From: Ophelia neglecta
Taxonomy: Eukaryota
Assembly: GCA_965285935.1 (NCBI GenBank)
Contig: OZ260661.1
Span: forward strand, 62,434,001-62,498,000
DNA: 64,000 nt
Reading direction: 5' to 3'
The notes under the pieces are model-generated. The model did not search any database, was not told the DNA's origin, and saw only the letters and a list, made by a program, of their open reading frames with translations. The translations under genes and the position numbers were made by a program. Shown here piece by piece: positions 23,001 to 35,840 of the stretch; the stretch's first letter is position 1, and the number at the start of each line of letters is the position of its first letter.

Positions 23001-26000
23001 GCGTCGACAAAAACATGGTAACCACGTACATTAACAACCGGAAAATTGTTAAGTTCAGGAGCCACTTTGGTGCCGGAGGGTATATGGGAGCCTTAGCCGC
23101 CAATGGCTACAAAAACATTGTCTACTTAAAGAACCTTCGCGTGCTTTCCTCAGGTATATCTAAAGATGCTTTTAACTAATGCTTTCTTTCGATGCATTAT
23201 CTGTCTAAATCATGTATCAGAAAAAGGTCTCATGAAATTTTAAGATATATGACCATTTAACCTGCCTATTCTTTTTTAACAAAACCACGTACTAGTACAG
23301 AACTTATCATATATTGTTTTAACAGCAAAGGTTGAAAAAGCCAAAGGTGTCATCGGAAAAATAACCAAAATAGGAAAGACTATGAAAAAACACGCTAGTG
23401 CACTATTAGGTTACAGATCAACTGGCTGCGCCAAGATGAGCAAAGTAGGAGGCTACTTCATTCTGGATGCCACAAGTTTAAATAGGAAATGGCCCAGGGA
23501 TGGTTTCTGTAGTGCTATGTCTCCCCAGAAAACTACCGGGAGTCGCTTCAAATTCTCATTGTATTTGTGGAATCAGATTTCTAATGGCAAAATCAACAGT
23601 GGCCACCCGGGCGTACTCTTCAACGCTAAAAACAGCAAGAATTATGATTTTATATACTTCAGGTAGGTTACAAATCTAGCATTGCAATTTAGTTTATTTA
23701 AATGAGCGTACTTTTCAACGCAAAAGACAGCATGAATTATGATTTTATATACTTCAGGTTTTCAAATTAAGATTTCAAAACAGTAAGCCTGCATGGTCAA
23801 ATATAAAGCATATTTTGTTCGGGATCAAAGTCATGCAATTAAATATATTAAGGTCACATTATGTATGTTCTTTTGAACAGACCTCATAGCCCCAAGTCGT
23901 GCTACCAAACAGGGTTTGTCAAAAACGGCATTCCCGTATTTACTGGTGCCAAGAGCGGAAAGTGCAACGGCGGTACTCCTAAGGGCAGACGCTGGTTTAA
24001 GGTGACGATCAGCGTCGACAAAAACAGGGTAACCACGTACATTAACAACCGGAAAATTGTTAAGTTCAGGAGCCACTTCGGTGCCGGAGGGTATATGGGA
24101 GCCTTAGCCGCCAATGGCTACAAAAACATTGTCTTCTTAAAGAACCTTCGCGTGCTATCCTCAGGTATATCTAAATATACTTTGGACTAATCCGTTTCAT
24201 CGATGCATTATGTGCTTATATCATGTCTCAGAAAAAGTTCTCATGAAAGTTTTGGGTCTATGATCATTTAACCTGCCTCTTCTTTTAAAACAAAAGCACG
24301 TACTACTACTGAACTTATTGTATATTGTTTTACCAGCAAAGATTGAAAAACCCAAACGTGTCATCGGAAAAATAACCAAAATAGGAAAGACTAAGGAAAA
24401 ACACGTTAGTGCACTATTAGGCTACCGATCAACAGGCTGCGCAAAGATGAGCAAAGTAGGAGGCTACTTCATTCTGGATGCCACAAGTTTAAATAGGAAA
24501 TGGCCCAGGGATGGTTTCTGTAGTGCTATGTCACCCCAGAAAACTACCGGGAGTCGCTTCAGCTTCTCATTGTATTTGTGGAATCAGATTTCTAATGGCA
24601 AAATCAACAGTGGCCACCCGGGCGTACTCTTCAACGCTAAAAACAGCAAGAATTATGATTTTATATACTTCAGGTAGGTTCCAAATCCGGATTGGAATTT
24701 AGTTTATTTAAACGGGAGTACTTTTCAACGCAAAAGACAGCACGAATTATTATTTACATATTTCAGGTATGTTTGAATTCCAGGATTGCAAATAATATGC
24801 TTATGCATGCAGAGTCAAATATCAATCATTAGTTCAAAATAAGAATAAAAAAAAATAAAAAAAAATCGATAAACATCATATTATGTCTTTATTTTTAAAC
24901 AGACCTCATAGCCCCAAGTTGTGCTACCAAACAGGGTATGTCAAAAACGGCATTCCCGTATTTACTGGTGCCAAGAGCGGAAAGTGCAAAGGCGGTACTC
25001 CTAGGGGCAGACGCTGGTTTAAGGTCACGATAAGCGTCGACAAAAACAAGGCAACCGCCTACCTCAATAACCAGGAAGTCGTCAAGTTCCGGTCCCATTA
25101 CGCTGCTGGAGGGTACATGGGAGCCTTAGCTGCCAACGGTTACAAAAACATTATCTACTTAAAAAGCCTTCGCTTGCTTCACACAGGCAGCGCAAGTCAC
25201 TCATCCAGCTCATCAAGTGGTAATTTGATATTAAAATGTCTATAACGATTCAATTCTGTTTGTGATCTTCCATAGTCCATATGAAGCCAATACAGATTGT
25301 TCCTGAGGAGATTGTGAAAATTGTGAGCTCATACGGTATATGCACCCGCTGCTATGATTCTAAGGTCTCAGAGAGCGGTTTCATAATTCCTAGTTGAAGC
25401 ATTTACAATTGGAGATTACAGTTCCACAGAAATTGTGCTGATCTCCTACTCTCCACATATATTTCCCACTCCAAAAGAAATACCCCATTCATTCTACGAT
25501 TTTTCAAGCCCCTGAACTTCGAAGACATAACTAATAGCTTATCTCAATGTCCATGTTAGCCCTTCCATCCCCATCCCACCCCCATCCATTGATTGTTCCA
25601 TTCCTTTAACCTCCGTCCTTCTTAGCCACCAACATTTGTCCTACTTCCATGCTAGACCCCTTTTCCAACCCCCTCCATAACTGCCATTTCAAATTGAAGA
25701 TCATGTTCCTTGGGGTACACGCTCTATGATTTTTGACCGGCAGGTGGCTGTGCCGTTGAATCCATATTTGTCCGTTGGAAGATATGGATTTGACGTCACA
25801 GATTTCAATATCCGCTCTAGGGCAGATATGCCTTTCGTCATATTCACATTCATATGATTGTAAGCGCTGATTTTCATGCCGCGCCTTGTGCGCCACACGC
25901 ATCGTGGTAAGTCGTGTTCGGCGGTTACCTTTGAGGTTTGCCGTTCAGGTAATAGTCGTGTTTAGCAGTAATCTCCGCGCTATCTGTCCCTAGATAAGGA

Positions 26001-29000
26001 GAACCAGAAGTGGCCCAGAAAGTTTTGACGAAATGAAAAATTTGCTGATGCGCCAGAATCCCTGTTATTGCATTTATTTCACACAGAATCCCTTTAAAAA
26101 ATCAAAAAGCCATAGCATGTGCCACATTCTATGGTAAATTAATTTCTTCCTCATAATCTTCACGGGCGTGTGATAAGTATATAATCAAACTGCGTTTTTT
26201 ATATCTGCCCTCGGATGGCCATACCTTACCTCGCCTTGCGGCCGGCAGATACTCGGGCCGATATTGAAAATGCACTGTGATATTATGTTCATACAAATAG
26301 TGTCTGGTTCAAAAGTAGTACATGAACTTCGTCAATAATCGTCGTAGAGAGTCGTACAAAAGCAATTCGATTTGTCTTATCCGTAATGGATGTACTTACG
26401 TTATATATGTCTGCTTTATAATGTGATACTTTAAATTAATTTACTGCCAATGAAGGATTTTACTGTATTCAAGATAAAAACGTTATGGTGTTCACATATT
26501 TCCACAGTTGTCGTGCCCTGTAAAGGCAAGGGCTCCCCTCTGACGGACGCAAGTGGAAACAATTTGTTCTGTGGGCGAGGACCTAACCGAGTGGCTTGTC
26601 CCGGAAACTCATGGTGCCACATCCACCCGACAGATCGATTTGCCGTCTGTTGTCCTAGAAAAGGTAGTAATATGTGTCTAGTTGGGTCGAAGTTTGCATA
26701 GCGAACATTAATGATACAAAGCAGCGTTCAGTGTGTTTTGTGCACCTGACGACGTGTACAAGTTGTTATGACATTGTGTGATTTTGAACAAATATAGCAA
26801 CGACCATTAACTTTTATATAAAATCGTAAATTATATGTGTCTAAAATGTGCAAGTTCTTACCAAAGTATTAACAATGTGTTGATATAAGGTATGGAAGCA
26901 ACTATTATTAAAATGTCGTGTAAACACTATTTCAAAATACATAGTAGGAAGGACGAAAACAAATGTGGACGCAATTTATATTCCTCACTTCGAACTATTA
27001 AGAGAGGAGTCCCCCATGTTTTTAAGATATAGCAGTACACATTTAGTTCATTTTGTTGAGTGGCCCCTCTGTTGGTAAATAGAATACACGAACGACTTTA
27101 TTGCGAATAATGTCCTTGACCTTAAAGGTCGTTTCTCACGGGCTATGACCCCAAACTGGGCATTAAATCCACGTTTTGTTGGTGAAAACTAACAATAAAA
27201 TAATATTGTCTCGCGCTACTGTGTTCATAATCAATACGAGGAAAAAACAAACGGTTAAATTTCAATGACTTGAATTAAAAGAAAGGGTCACCATATTATG
27301 TTTTTCAATAACTCTAAATGTTGGGATAATAGGATAATCCGTGAAACAGCATAGTTGTGGTATTTGAGCTGATTATTCTAATACAGTTTTTAGGAAACAT
27401 AAGCCTTGTGATCCAATATTTTTCTTCAAATTATGGAATTAAAACCTCATCTTATTGAGGCGTGTTAAATATGGAGGATTATATTCAAAAGAAACGTGAA
27501 ATGGCGATTCAAGTGGCATATTCTTTAAAACCAAAATAAGATACTAGTACTGAACTTATCGTGTAGGCAGCAAACTTTTGAATTTGGGACATATCATGTA
27601 CTATATTGTTTTTACAGCAAATGTGGGAAGAGCCATAAGCGGCATCAGAGGAAAAATAACCCACACATCGAAAATCAAAATTGGCAATGAACATAGAACA
27701 AGTCACACAGTTGAAGCTGGCAGCAGCCACTCAGTTAGCCATACCCATACTAGCAGTCACGCAGTCAGTGAAGGAAGTAGAGTTCACAGATTGTTGAGCG
27801 GCAGCAAACGGAAACATTCGACGAATTCAATGCACGTTTTTAAGGGAAATATAGGCAGGAGAGGAAGCGTATCTGCTATTCAGTCTGGTCACTCAAGCAG
27901 CTCCCATTCCGTGTCATCATCTGGTACCTTGAAGCACTCGAGTTCAAGCCACTCTTCGAGCAGCTCCAGCCATTCCGTAGGCCATTCCAGCTCTGCAAGT
28001 GGTAAATCGATATTAAATTGTCTGAAATAGTTCAGTAATGTTTACCAGCTTTATACACAGTTCCTGTGAAGCAAATAGAGCATTCGCTTGAGGAGAACAA
28101 GGAAATTTATATGTCCCTAGGGTACATCCTCCTAGTGATATGATTCCGAGATCTCAGACAGTAGTATCATAATTGCTATTTGAAACATTTACACATGGGG
28201 ATCTTAATTCCACGTGGTTATTGAAATAATTGACAGATACAGTTGGCTTCATTATTTACCTATAGTAACTACGTAATGCAAGGAAATAGGCTAAACGCCC
28301 AACCTCTACATATATGGTGGTCAGTGGTCAAACCCTACTGTCCCCTCCACCCCACCCCACCCCCTACCCTCCCCCCTTTCCTGACTTTATAAACACACCA
28401 TTGTTTAAATCCTCCATCCCCGGTCCTCCTAGCCATTGCCCTTTATCTTGTCCCAATATTCATGCTAGCCCCCCCCCCCCCCCCCTTCCCTACCCATCCA
28501 TTGTTCCATTTCTCCAGCCCCAGTCTTTCGTAGCCACCACCCTTTATTCTACCTCCATCCTGCTGGCCATTCCACATTTAGGAGAATGACGCCTGGGCTA
28601 CGTGCTCTAAAACATTAACTGGCAGAGACTAGTTGGTAACATAGAAGATAAATGGAGGTTATTATAAGGCTATATAATTATAGTTGTCAGGTGATTTAGT
28701 GTTGCAAGGTAAATCACGACTCACGTCTCCTGCAAGTGCGTGTCCCATAATATGCAAACCTATGTGTCTATAGGACGATCAAAATTGACAAAGTTCCAAA
28801 TTCAAAAATTATATTTAGTAATATAAATATGAATTTTAAATTCTAGTCTCCAATATGACCCTTAAAATGCCAATCCTGAGAATTATACATATTGCGGTAT
28901 CTGCCTTAAAACTTAACCGCCTTTTGTTTCACACGCTTCACATCGACTTCACTTATATATGTTAATTAGTAAGGTTTTGTCGGAGTGTCTCGTTTTGTCG

Positions 29001-29693
29001 TGACGTCACACACCTTTGTATGATATTTTTCGCACAGGGAAACCGGAATGTGAACAATCAATAGGCCTATCGCTTCTTTTTTCTAAAGAATTCCAGCCGC
29101 TTCCAGTGATATGGCCCTCTTGCTGTTATATTTGACAGTGTAGTCAATACCTGTGAATTGGGATGTGGTTTTTGTCGATATTCCGTCCATTCTGCACGTA
29201 TTTGTCAAATGTTCAACCAGCGTGGTTAAAAAATTGGATATTTCAAATAATGTTCATTTTTAAGTACTATTTTAAAATTTACATTAGTTTTTATTTGAAA
29301 GCAAATCGTAAAAAAAATGAAATTTAAATTTTTAGTCTTCAAATTTGAAAAATAAAAAATGTGGATTTTTTTCAATCTCTTGTGCCTACTCCACTGGACT
29401 CGGTTTGTAATGCTAAAATATATTACAATAAAATACTCTTATAATATTCCTGATGATTTCGGACCGATTAATGGATTATTCTAGAATAATGTTTCAGCTT
29501 TGTCTGCCACTATTTGTTTTTTTAATAGGCTTAACTTTCTTCTCAAGCAAATGAAGTTATTTTGAAAGCTATGATTTGATTTTGACTTTAAGTAGTCCTA
29601 GCTATAGTCCCTTACATGAAAGAGTAAACATACAATTATCTGTTCAACCTTTTTGCAGGTTCTTACCAATACGAAGAAAGTAATGAAGTTTAA
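17029..29693 (+). CDS. ~1590-aa secreted basic protein: signal peptide, coiled coil, 6 ConA/LamG-like (TSP-C/DUF1080-like) domains, Lustrin Cys-rich domain, Ser/His-rich tail
   Basis: Phase-consistent GT-AG exons: 17029-17171, 17776-17951, 18204-18314, 18435-18566, 18794-19052, 19215-19350, 19489-19675, 20274-20526, 20746-21029, 21202-21538, 21756-22039, 22211-22547, 22870-23153, 23326-23662, 23881-24164, 24337-24673, 24903-25219, 26508-26663, 27618-28001, 29659-29693. Total 4773 nt, open to TAA. N-terminus MRLPGHRLALLLTVLWLVSLGTA. Confidence 0.8.
20274..25219 (+). repeat. Five-unit intragenic tandem duplication (~1.0-1.1 kb period, two exons per unit)
   Basis: Near-identical exon pairs (…KWPRDGFCSAMSPQ…NYDFIYFR / PHS.KSCYQTG…RWFKVTISV…GALAANGY) and conserved introns. 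Confidence 0.95.
26180..26286. repeat. Palindromic MITE-like element (intronic)
   Basis: Imperfect inverted repeat: ataatcaaactgcgttttt…atatctgccctcgg vs ctcgggccgatattgaaaatgcactgtgatattat. Confidence 0.4.
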
Positions 29694-30194
29694 ATCTATG
29701 AAGGTATGCAAATAATTCTAGCTCCTTGTTCTTGCCTCTGTTTTTTTTTACAACACACACATAAACACATCACGTCGACATAAAGGTTTGGATAGAGGAC
29801 ATTGGAAGAGGTCCCTGAAGTGTTCCTTGTGTTATAATTATATCACCATCTGTTGGTGAGGTTTCTACGTATATAGATGTGTTATGCCCTATAAACGCCA
29901 AGAATTTGAGACGACACAAAGAAGTGTGTCAGGGTCATATGTAAATTTCCTCCTGTCAAGGTCATTTTCCCATACCTTAATACCATCTTCCTATTTTACG
30001 TGTCACCGCTGTTCGTAACAACATTGGCATAATATATAAATATTTTTCTCTTATAGGAGAAAGACTGAGGGAGGGGTAGTGAACATTTCTGACCACAGGC
30101 CCATGCCTTGAAAACCTAGGCTAGGGAACCCTGCAGGGATGGGCAGTATACCCCAGATGACGTCTGAAACTCCTTTGTATAAAAGCTTAATTTG

Positions 30195-30200
30195 AATAAA
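30195..30200 (+). terminator. Polyadenylation signal of the large secreted protein gene
   Basis: AATAAA in a putative non-coding last exon starting about 30057, after a 3'-UTR intron. Confidence 0.4.
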
Positions 30201-31799
30201 GCGCATGCAAAAAAATCCATGTTTTCACAGCCTTCGTGATGAATATTTTTTACCTACGAACACTTCAAATGTATAAATTTTAATATATAATGCAGGTTTG
30301 TCTAAATAACAATTCCTAAAGCAACATATTAAATTTTGCATTTAGCATATTTACCTGAATTATCCAAAATGCTAAATATCAAGTCTCCTTGTGTAAATGT
30401 AACAGGCATGACAATATGGATGTAACACCAACACCAACACCTACATCTGTATTACAGTTAACAGCAGTAGTTGTTACAACACGGGCCCTATCGAGATCTA
30501 ACTAGCTTGTCACTAATATCATCAGATATTATTCAAACTAAATATCATTATATAAATGGTTAGAATCAATAGTAAAGAAAGTGATGTTCGAACAAAATAT
30601 AAAAGTAAGAGGACATTTAACCAATATTTACGTAATAGCAGGAATTGACCTATCGATAGTTATGATTATCATCATTTATTCATTTATTACTCTTATATAT
30701 ACATGAAGTATAATACAATACAACCTCATTAAACAGATCTAGACCCAGAATGCATTGGTAACAAACGAGCTATGCTAATGTGAGACAATGCTAAAATTGC
30801 ATTGGGCCTATTACGAAACTGTCTGACATTCATGTTCAAACACGTTACTCCCGTACTAGGCGCATTTATTAATTCCTTTGAAACTAAGCTTAGTCGGAAA
30901 TGAACATGTGTATACGAATTTGTTTGAAGCTTTATTCAATATCACTTCAGGTTGGGACCCCATTTTATCATTTTAAACCATTTAAGATATACGTCCATTT
31001 GTTCAAATATAGGACGTATCAGAAAGTTATCGCAATGTTATTAGTAGGCATGCGTATACAGTAAAAATACTAATATTATGTTAACCAAGTACAGTAAGAA
31101 GCCCTTCAGTCAGAGAAATTCAGAGTTTTGCTTTTTCCTCTTGAATGGTTGAATACATCACCTAAAATGGCTTTCATTGCGAACAAGGGATGATCATGAA
31201 TTAAGTTATATTGTTCAGCTCGGCCAGGAGTAAATTAGTCAATTCTCCGTTTGTGTTTCTCAAGGGGACATCTGTGAGGAATTGATAACACTTCTTCTGA
31301 ACAGCGATTATTGGGTGCCTTGATTTAACGCTGCAAAATGACTCCCTTGGGAAAGTATCAAAATATGGAATTAAAGTGTCGCATTAATCAGTATTACTGA
31401 TATTGATGGATATACCGAGGAAAGCCAAATTACCTTGGGACTCCAAATTCCAAGGGTATATGCAGGTTTTCTGTGCGGGGCTTACAATTTTCCCCAGGCG
31501 GAAGTGTGTGATTTTCGGTGGGCTCCAATTATGCAATAAAAGTCGGCAGCGCAGGCATTCACACACAATTTCGCACTTTTGCTGTTTTTCTGTACCGCAA
31601 TATCAACAGGCGTCGTTCATAATATACACTTTTTCAACGATACATTCCGTATTAGCGAAAAATGCCTCCGACGTACACACATATGGAACTACATCAGACC
31701 GTTCTAGGGAGTCAAGCTCATTGACTATAACCAATACATTAAAGCTGATTTTATCAATCATCTGGCGTTTCATGCATGCCACGGCATTTTAAATAAAAA

Positions 31800-34700
31800 A
31801 TGTTGTCCAATTCAAGTCTTGGGCAAAATGAAACCAGCAGTTCGACCCGGGATGGTAGTTCGTGGGATGATGCAACCTGGATTTTATCGATGTCTTTTAT
31901 TATATTTACAATGCAGACAGGCAAGTGTTTTTGCAATGATTTTAAATAATATCTACTCCTTAGGCATATAAAGGATTAAACTGTTTTAAAGTTGTATATA
32001 ATTAGGGCTTGGTCGATTTTCTTCTTAATTTCAATTTTTTTGCTACATTGTAAATAACTACATGACCGCAGCTTAACCACTCCTAACTTAATTTGAAATA
32101 AACATAAGCGTGTAAGAGCTAGGAAAAAGGCTGGCAGACATCCTGAAGAAGGGGGTTTTCTTCTTATAGGTTTTGGCTTGTTGGAGGCTGGGGCTGTGCA
32201 ACTAAAGAACGAGGTGAACATAATGATCAAGAACGTCGCCGACGTGGTTTTCGGGGGGCTGACCTACTGGGCCTTCGGCTATGCTTTTAGCTTCGGCACA
32301 TCGTATGGTAGTAACCCCTTCTGTGGAATCGGCAAATGGTTCGTATCAACGAGCGATCTGGAAGTCATGGGGGAACTGTACTCAAGTTTTATTTTCCAAC
32401 TTTCCTTTACTACCACTGCTACTACCATCGTATCCGGAGCGATGGCGGAGCGAGCCAAACTGAATGGCTATATAATCTTCTCTTTCCTGAACACGCTGGT
32501 CTATTGTTTTCCCGCTCACTGGATATGGGCTGACAATGGGTTTTTAAGGGCCATGGGCGTGGTTGACATTGCGGGGTCGGGAGCAGTCCATCTACTGGGT
32601 GGGACATCTGCATTTGTTGCTGCTTGGATGCTTGGACCTCGCATCGGGCGATATGACAAAGGCTACGATTCTACCCCGCCGGGAAATCCTACAAACTCCT
32701 TACTAGGAACCTTCATGCTGTGGTAAGCTTTTGCTAAGTTTAAATTCGAGATTTTATTTTCTTGTTTTGCCACGTGTCCAGTGCTAGGTATAAAATATTT
32801 AAATGTTTGTTCTTTGATGAATATTCCCTCATCTAAATAGCTTCATATCTCTTAGGTGGGGTTGGTTGGCATTTAATTCCGGAAGCACCTACGGAATTTC
32901 AGGCGGAAAATGGATACTTGCCGCAAAGTATGTGTATAACAATGATAAACAAATATAGTTTATTGTGACACACGATTCTATTTCCTTTAAGTTGTACCCA
33001 TTGCTTATCTTTAACCTTGTACCACATTATGTCATCGTAGGGCATCAACAACTACCATGCTCTCATCCATGGGAGGAGGGTTGGCAGGGATGGCGATAAC
33101 GTATGTCGATATGTTTAAAAGTTTCGTTAATTTTTAACGATGGCCTTAGCTTACCATGCCTATATTGTTTTGGTTGAACTACATCGAAATACACCAGCCG
33201 GCGAAAAACATTTGATAATATAAAACCCGTTCATTTTTCATTTATAACAGGTATATAAAAAGGCGGAAGTACGATGTGACGGATATAGTTAACTCAATCC
33301 TCGGGGCGCTTGTCGGCGTTACAGGTTTGTCAATTGAGACTTGTCTTTAGCTGGAGGTGTCTAGGAGACATACTGATGAGTGCATAATGGCGAAATATTT
33401 AATTTATCAGGGAGTAATTGTGAAATATTCAATTTATTAGGCTAATTGGCGAATATAATGTTATGGTGAAATATTCTCCCGTTAAGGGAACTTTGTTGTT
33501 GCCTCTTTATTGAATAGTCTTAATCAAAAGAATTAGATTTATAATGATAAGCGAATAATAATTATTCAAGTTGGATTTTAGTTAGGTGTAGGGACTTTAG
33601 CTCTTTTTTCTTACTGCTTACTGATTTTAAACACATAACATGCATAAAGTAGAAAAGTTACCCAGATCGAACACAGTAGGTTTTTTCTAAAGCTATTAAA
33701 TGAGGAGTTAATTTTTTGTTCGTGTATTATCAACACTGGTACTATTTGTTAATGGCGGGACAGCTTACTCATCATGGGTATGAAATCCATAACCAGTATC
33801 ACGGTTTTTAGTGGCAAATTTGCATGATTCTTGTATGATATAGGATATATCACTCCGTGAAACAAAGATTAATGACATATTTCCTTGTAATGGTCATTAT
33901 ATTGTGACACAACGGTAGGTATCAAATTAAAGGTAGTCCAAACCAAAACCCTTTGAGGATAATTAGGCGATTGTGGCATGTTTTTACTTCATGAGCTTGA
34001 ATAAATAATCTCTCTTTTATCCCTGTAACGCACATATGAGTACCGACCTTTTCAAATGGCCCCGGGGGAAAAGTAGGACATGTCTTCGTCTGCAGTTCGA
34101 TCTTGCGGGCTTCTTGTTTGCCAAGTGTGCACTCCCGTTTTAGACCAATAACAAAAACATAGTACTAGAGTATACTAAAGGTCTATATAGAATCTCTCCC
34201 GCACGGAGGCGCCACTGCAAGACCAAAGATGACTGCAACCTCCGAGGATAAAAAAGGTCAATTATTAGCCAATCAGTCGCGTGGTTTTTTTTGTAGGCGA
34301 ATATATTGTGATCGGTGGTCGGTCAGGTCGGGGGTGTCTCGGGAAGTGAATATTTGAAGATGGTACGCGTTATCAGCATAGGATATTATGAATGGTTTAC
34401 GATCGTTTGATTTCAAAAGGGTGAACAAATTGATTCTAATCTGTAGTTCCATACCAGTACTGCTACCATGCTGCTAGGCGTAATGTTTGCTCCCTCAAGC
34501 AGGGTCACTAGTTTCTACGGCAAAAAAATGAACAAAACAGTTAGCCGAAGTTGGTATATTTTCCTACTTCTCGGTTTAATACTCTCATAGTGACGAACAA
34601 TTTCACGTCAGTCTAATTTCCCAAAGAATATTCTTATTTTCATGTTTCACGACTGGAAGCGTTATAATGGCCACAAAATTTAATGAGGAATTCAAAAACA

Positions 34701-35840
34701 TGTTTTACCCTAAATATGGCGGCCCCCTTCTTAAACAATTCAAGATGATTTAGAGCGTTCAATGTGCATGTTACGCGACTGGTTTCGCCTCGCGGGGCTG
34801 GACCGGACAGGCAATTTAGGCATCCTCAATAGGTTTGTTTTTTTGTATCACAGTGTGTCTTTCATTGTAGCTGGCTGTGCTATTTACACGACTTGGGAGG
34901 CAGTGATCATTGGACTGATTGGAGGCACTTTGTCCTGTCTTGCTCCCGCCGCAGTGAACAGATTAAAAATAGACGACCCAGTCGGAGCCGTGGCCGTCCA
35001 TGCTGTGGGCGGAATATGGGTGAGACGAGTTGATTATATGAATTTAGAAATATATTTATCAATCAAGTGATCGGAAATCAGAGAGTTATTGTTATTTGAA
35101 TGGTTATTTTGGTTATAAGCGAACTTTTAAACTTCATGAAAATCAATGACAGCGTTTTCCATACAACAATGCATTTAGTTCTCAAACTTGTCTGTAAAGG
35201 GAATGTTGGCCGTTGGTTTGTTTGGAGATGATGATCGTATTGAAAACTACACCGGTGGCAGAAAAGGTTTATTTCGAGGAGGAGGATTTTATCTTCTTGG
35301 TATTCAAACGCTCAGTTGCCTTTGCATCATAGTTTGGAGCATGGGCTGCACAGCATTCATATTGTATGTAGGTAGACTATCGATGGTTTATTTTTGCAAG
35401 AGTTTTCAAGATGATTTAAACTTTCAATGTCTTTCCAACTATTAAATAGAGCCTGCATTTCTTTCAATATTTTTTTCCAGCCAATAAACAAAACCGTTGG
35501 AGTTCGCATAGAGGCTTGGGAGGAAGAGCTGGGTGTTGATTATGTGGAACATGGTATTTTGAGAGACCCATGTGTCCGCGAGCTGGTGAACATGGGTTAC
35601 CCGCAAGACCAGAGGATTGTGCCACGCATCAGCATGCACAGTTCGTTTGGAGTATTGAGTGGACATACCAGCAACACTTTGGAAACAACACCAAGAAGGA
35701 CGCCACCTGCAACAACCAGCACTACAATATTTGTTACGGAAGCCGGAAGTGACGTTGAGGGTGTGACTAACGCAGCGATGGATGTGGAGGCTGCCCAGGA
35801 TTTTACTACCAGTCCTTCCTCAGTAGATGGGCACATTTAG
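31800..35840 (+). CDS. amt: Ammonium transporter (Amt/Mep/Rh family), 8 exons
   Basis: Exons 31800-31920, 32170-32722, 32856-32927, 33041-33100, 33251-33324, 34871-35019, ~35200-35367, 35481-35840. Motifs FTMQTGFGLLEAG, FQLSFTTTATTIVSGAMAER, DIAGSGAVHLLGG, LWWGWLAFNSGS, IDDPVGAVAVH, EELGVD. Confidence 0.93.

Noticed and set aside
20723-25098. Repeated antisense ORFs (MAPELNN…, MAAKAP…)
   Set aside because: Shadows of the duplicated sense exons.
28314-28589. Pro-rich ORF
   Set aside because: Arises from an intronic C-rich low-complexity tract also present at ~25550-25680; no supporting splice sites.
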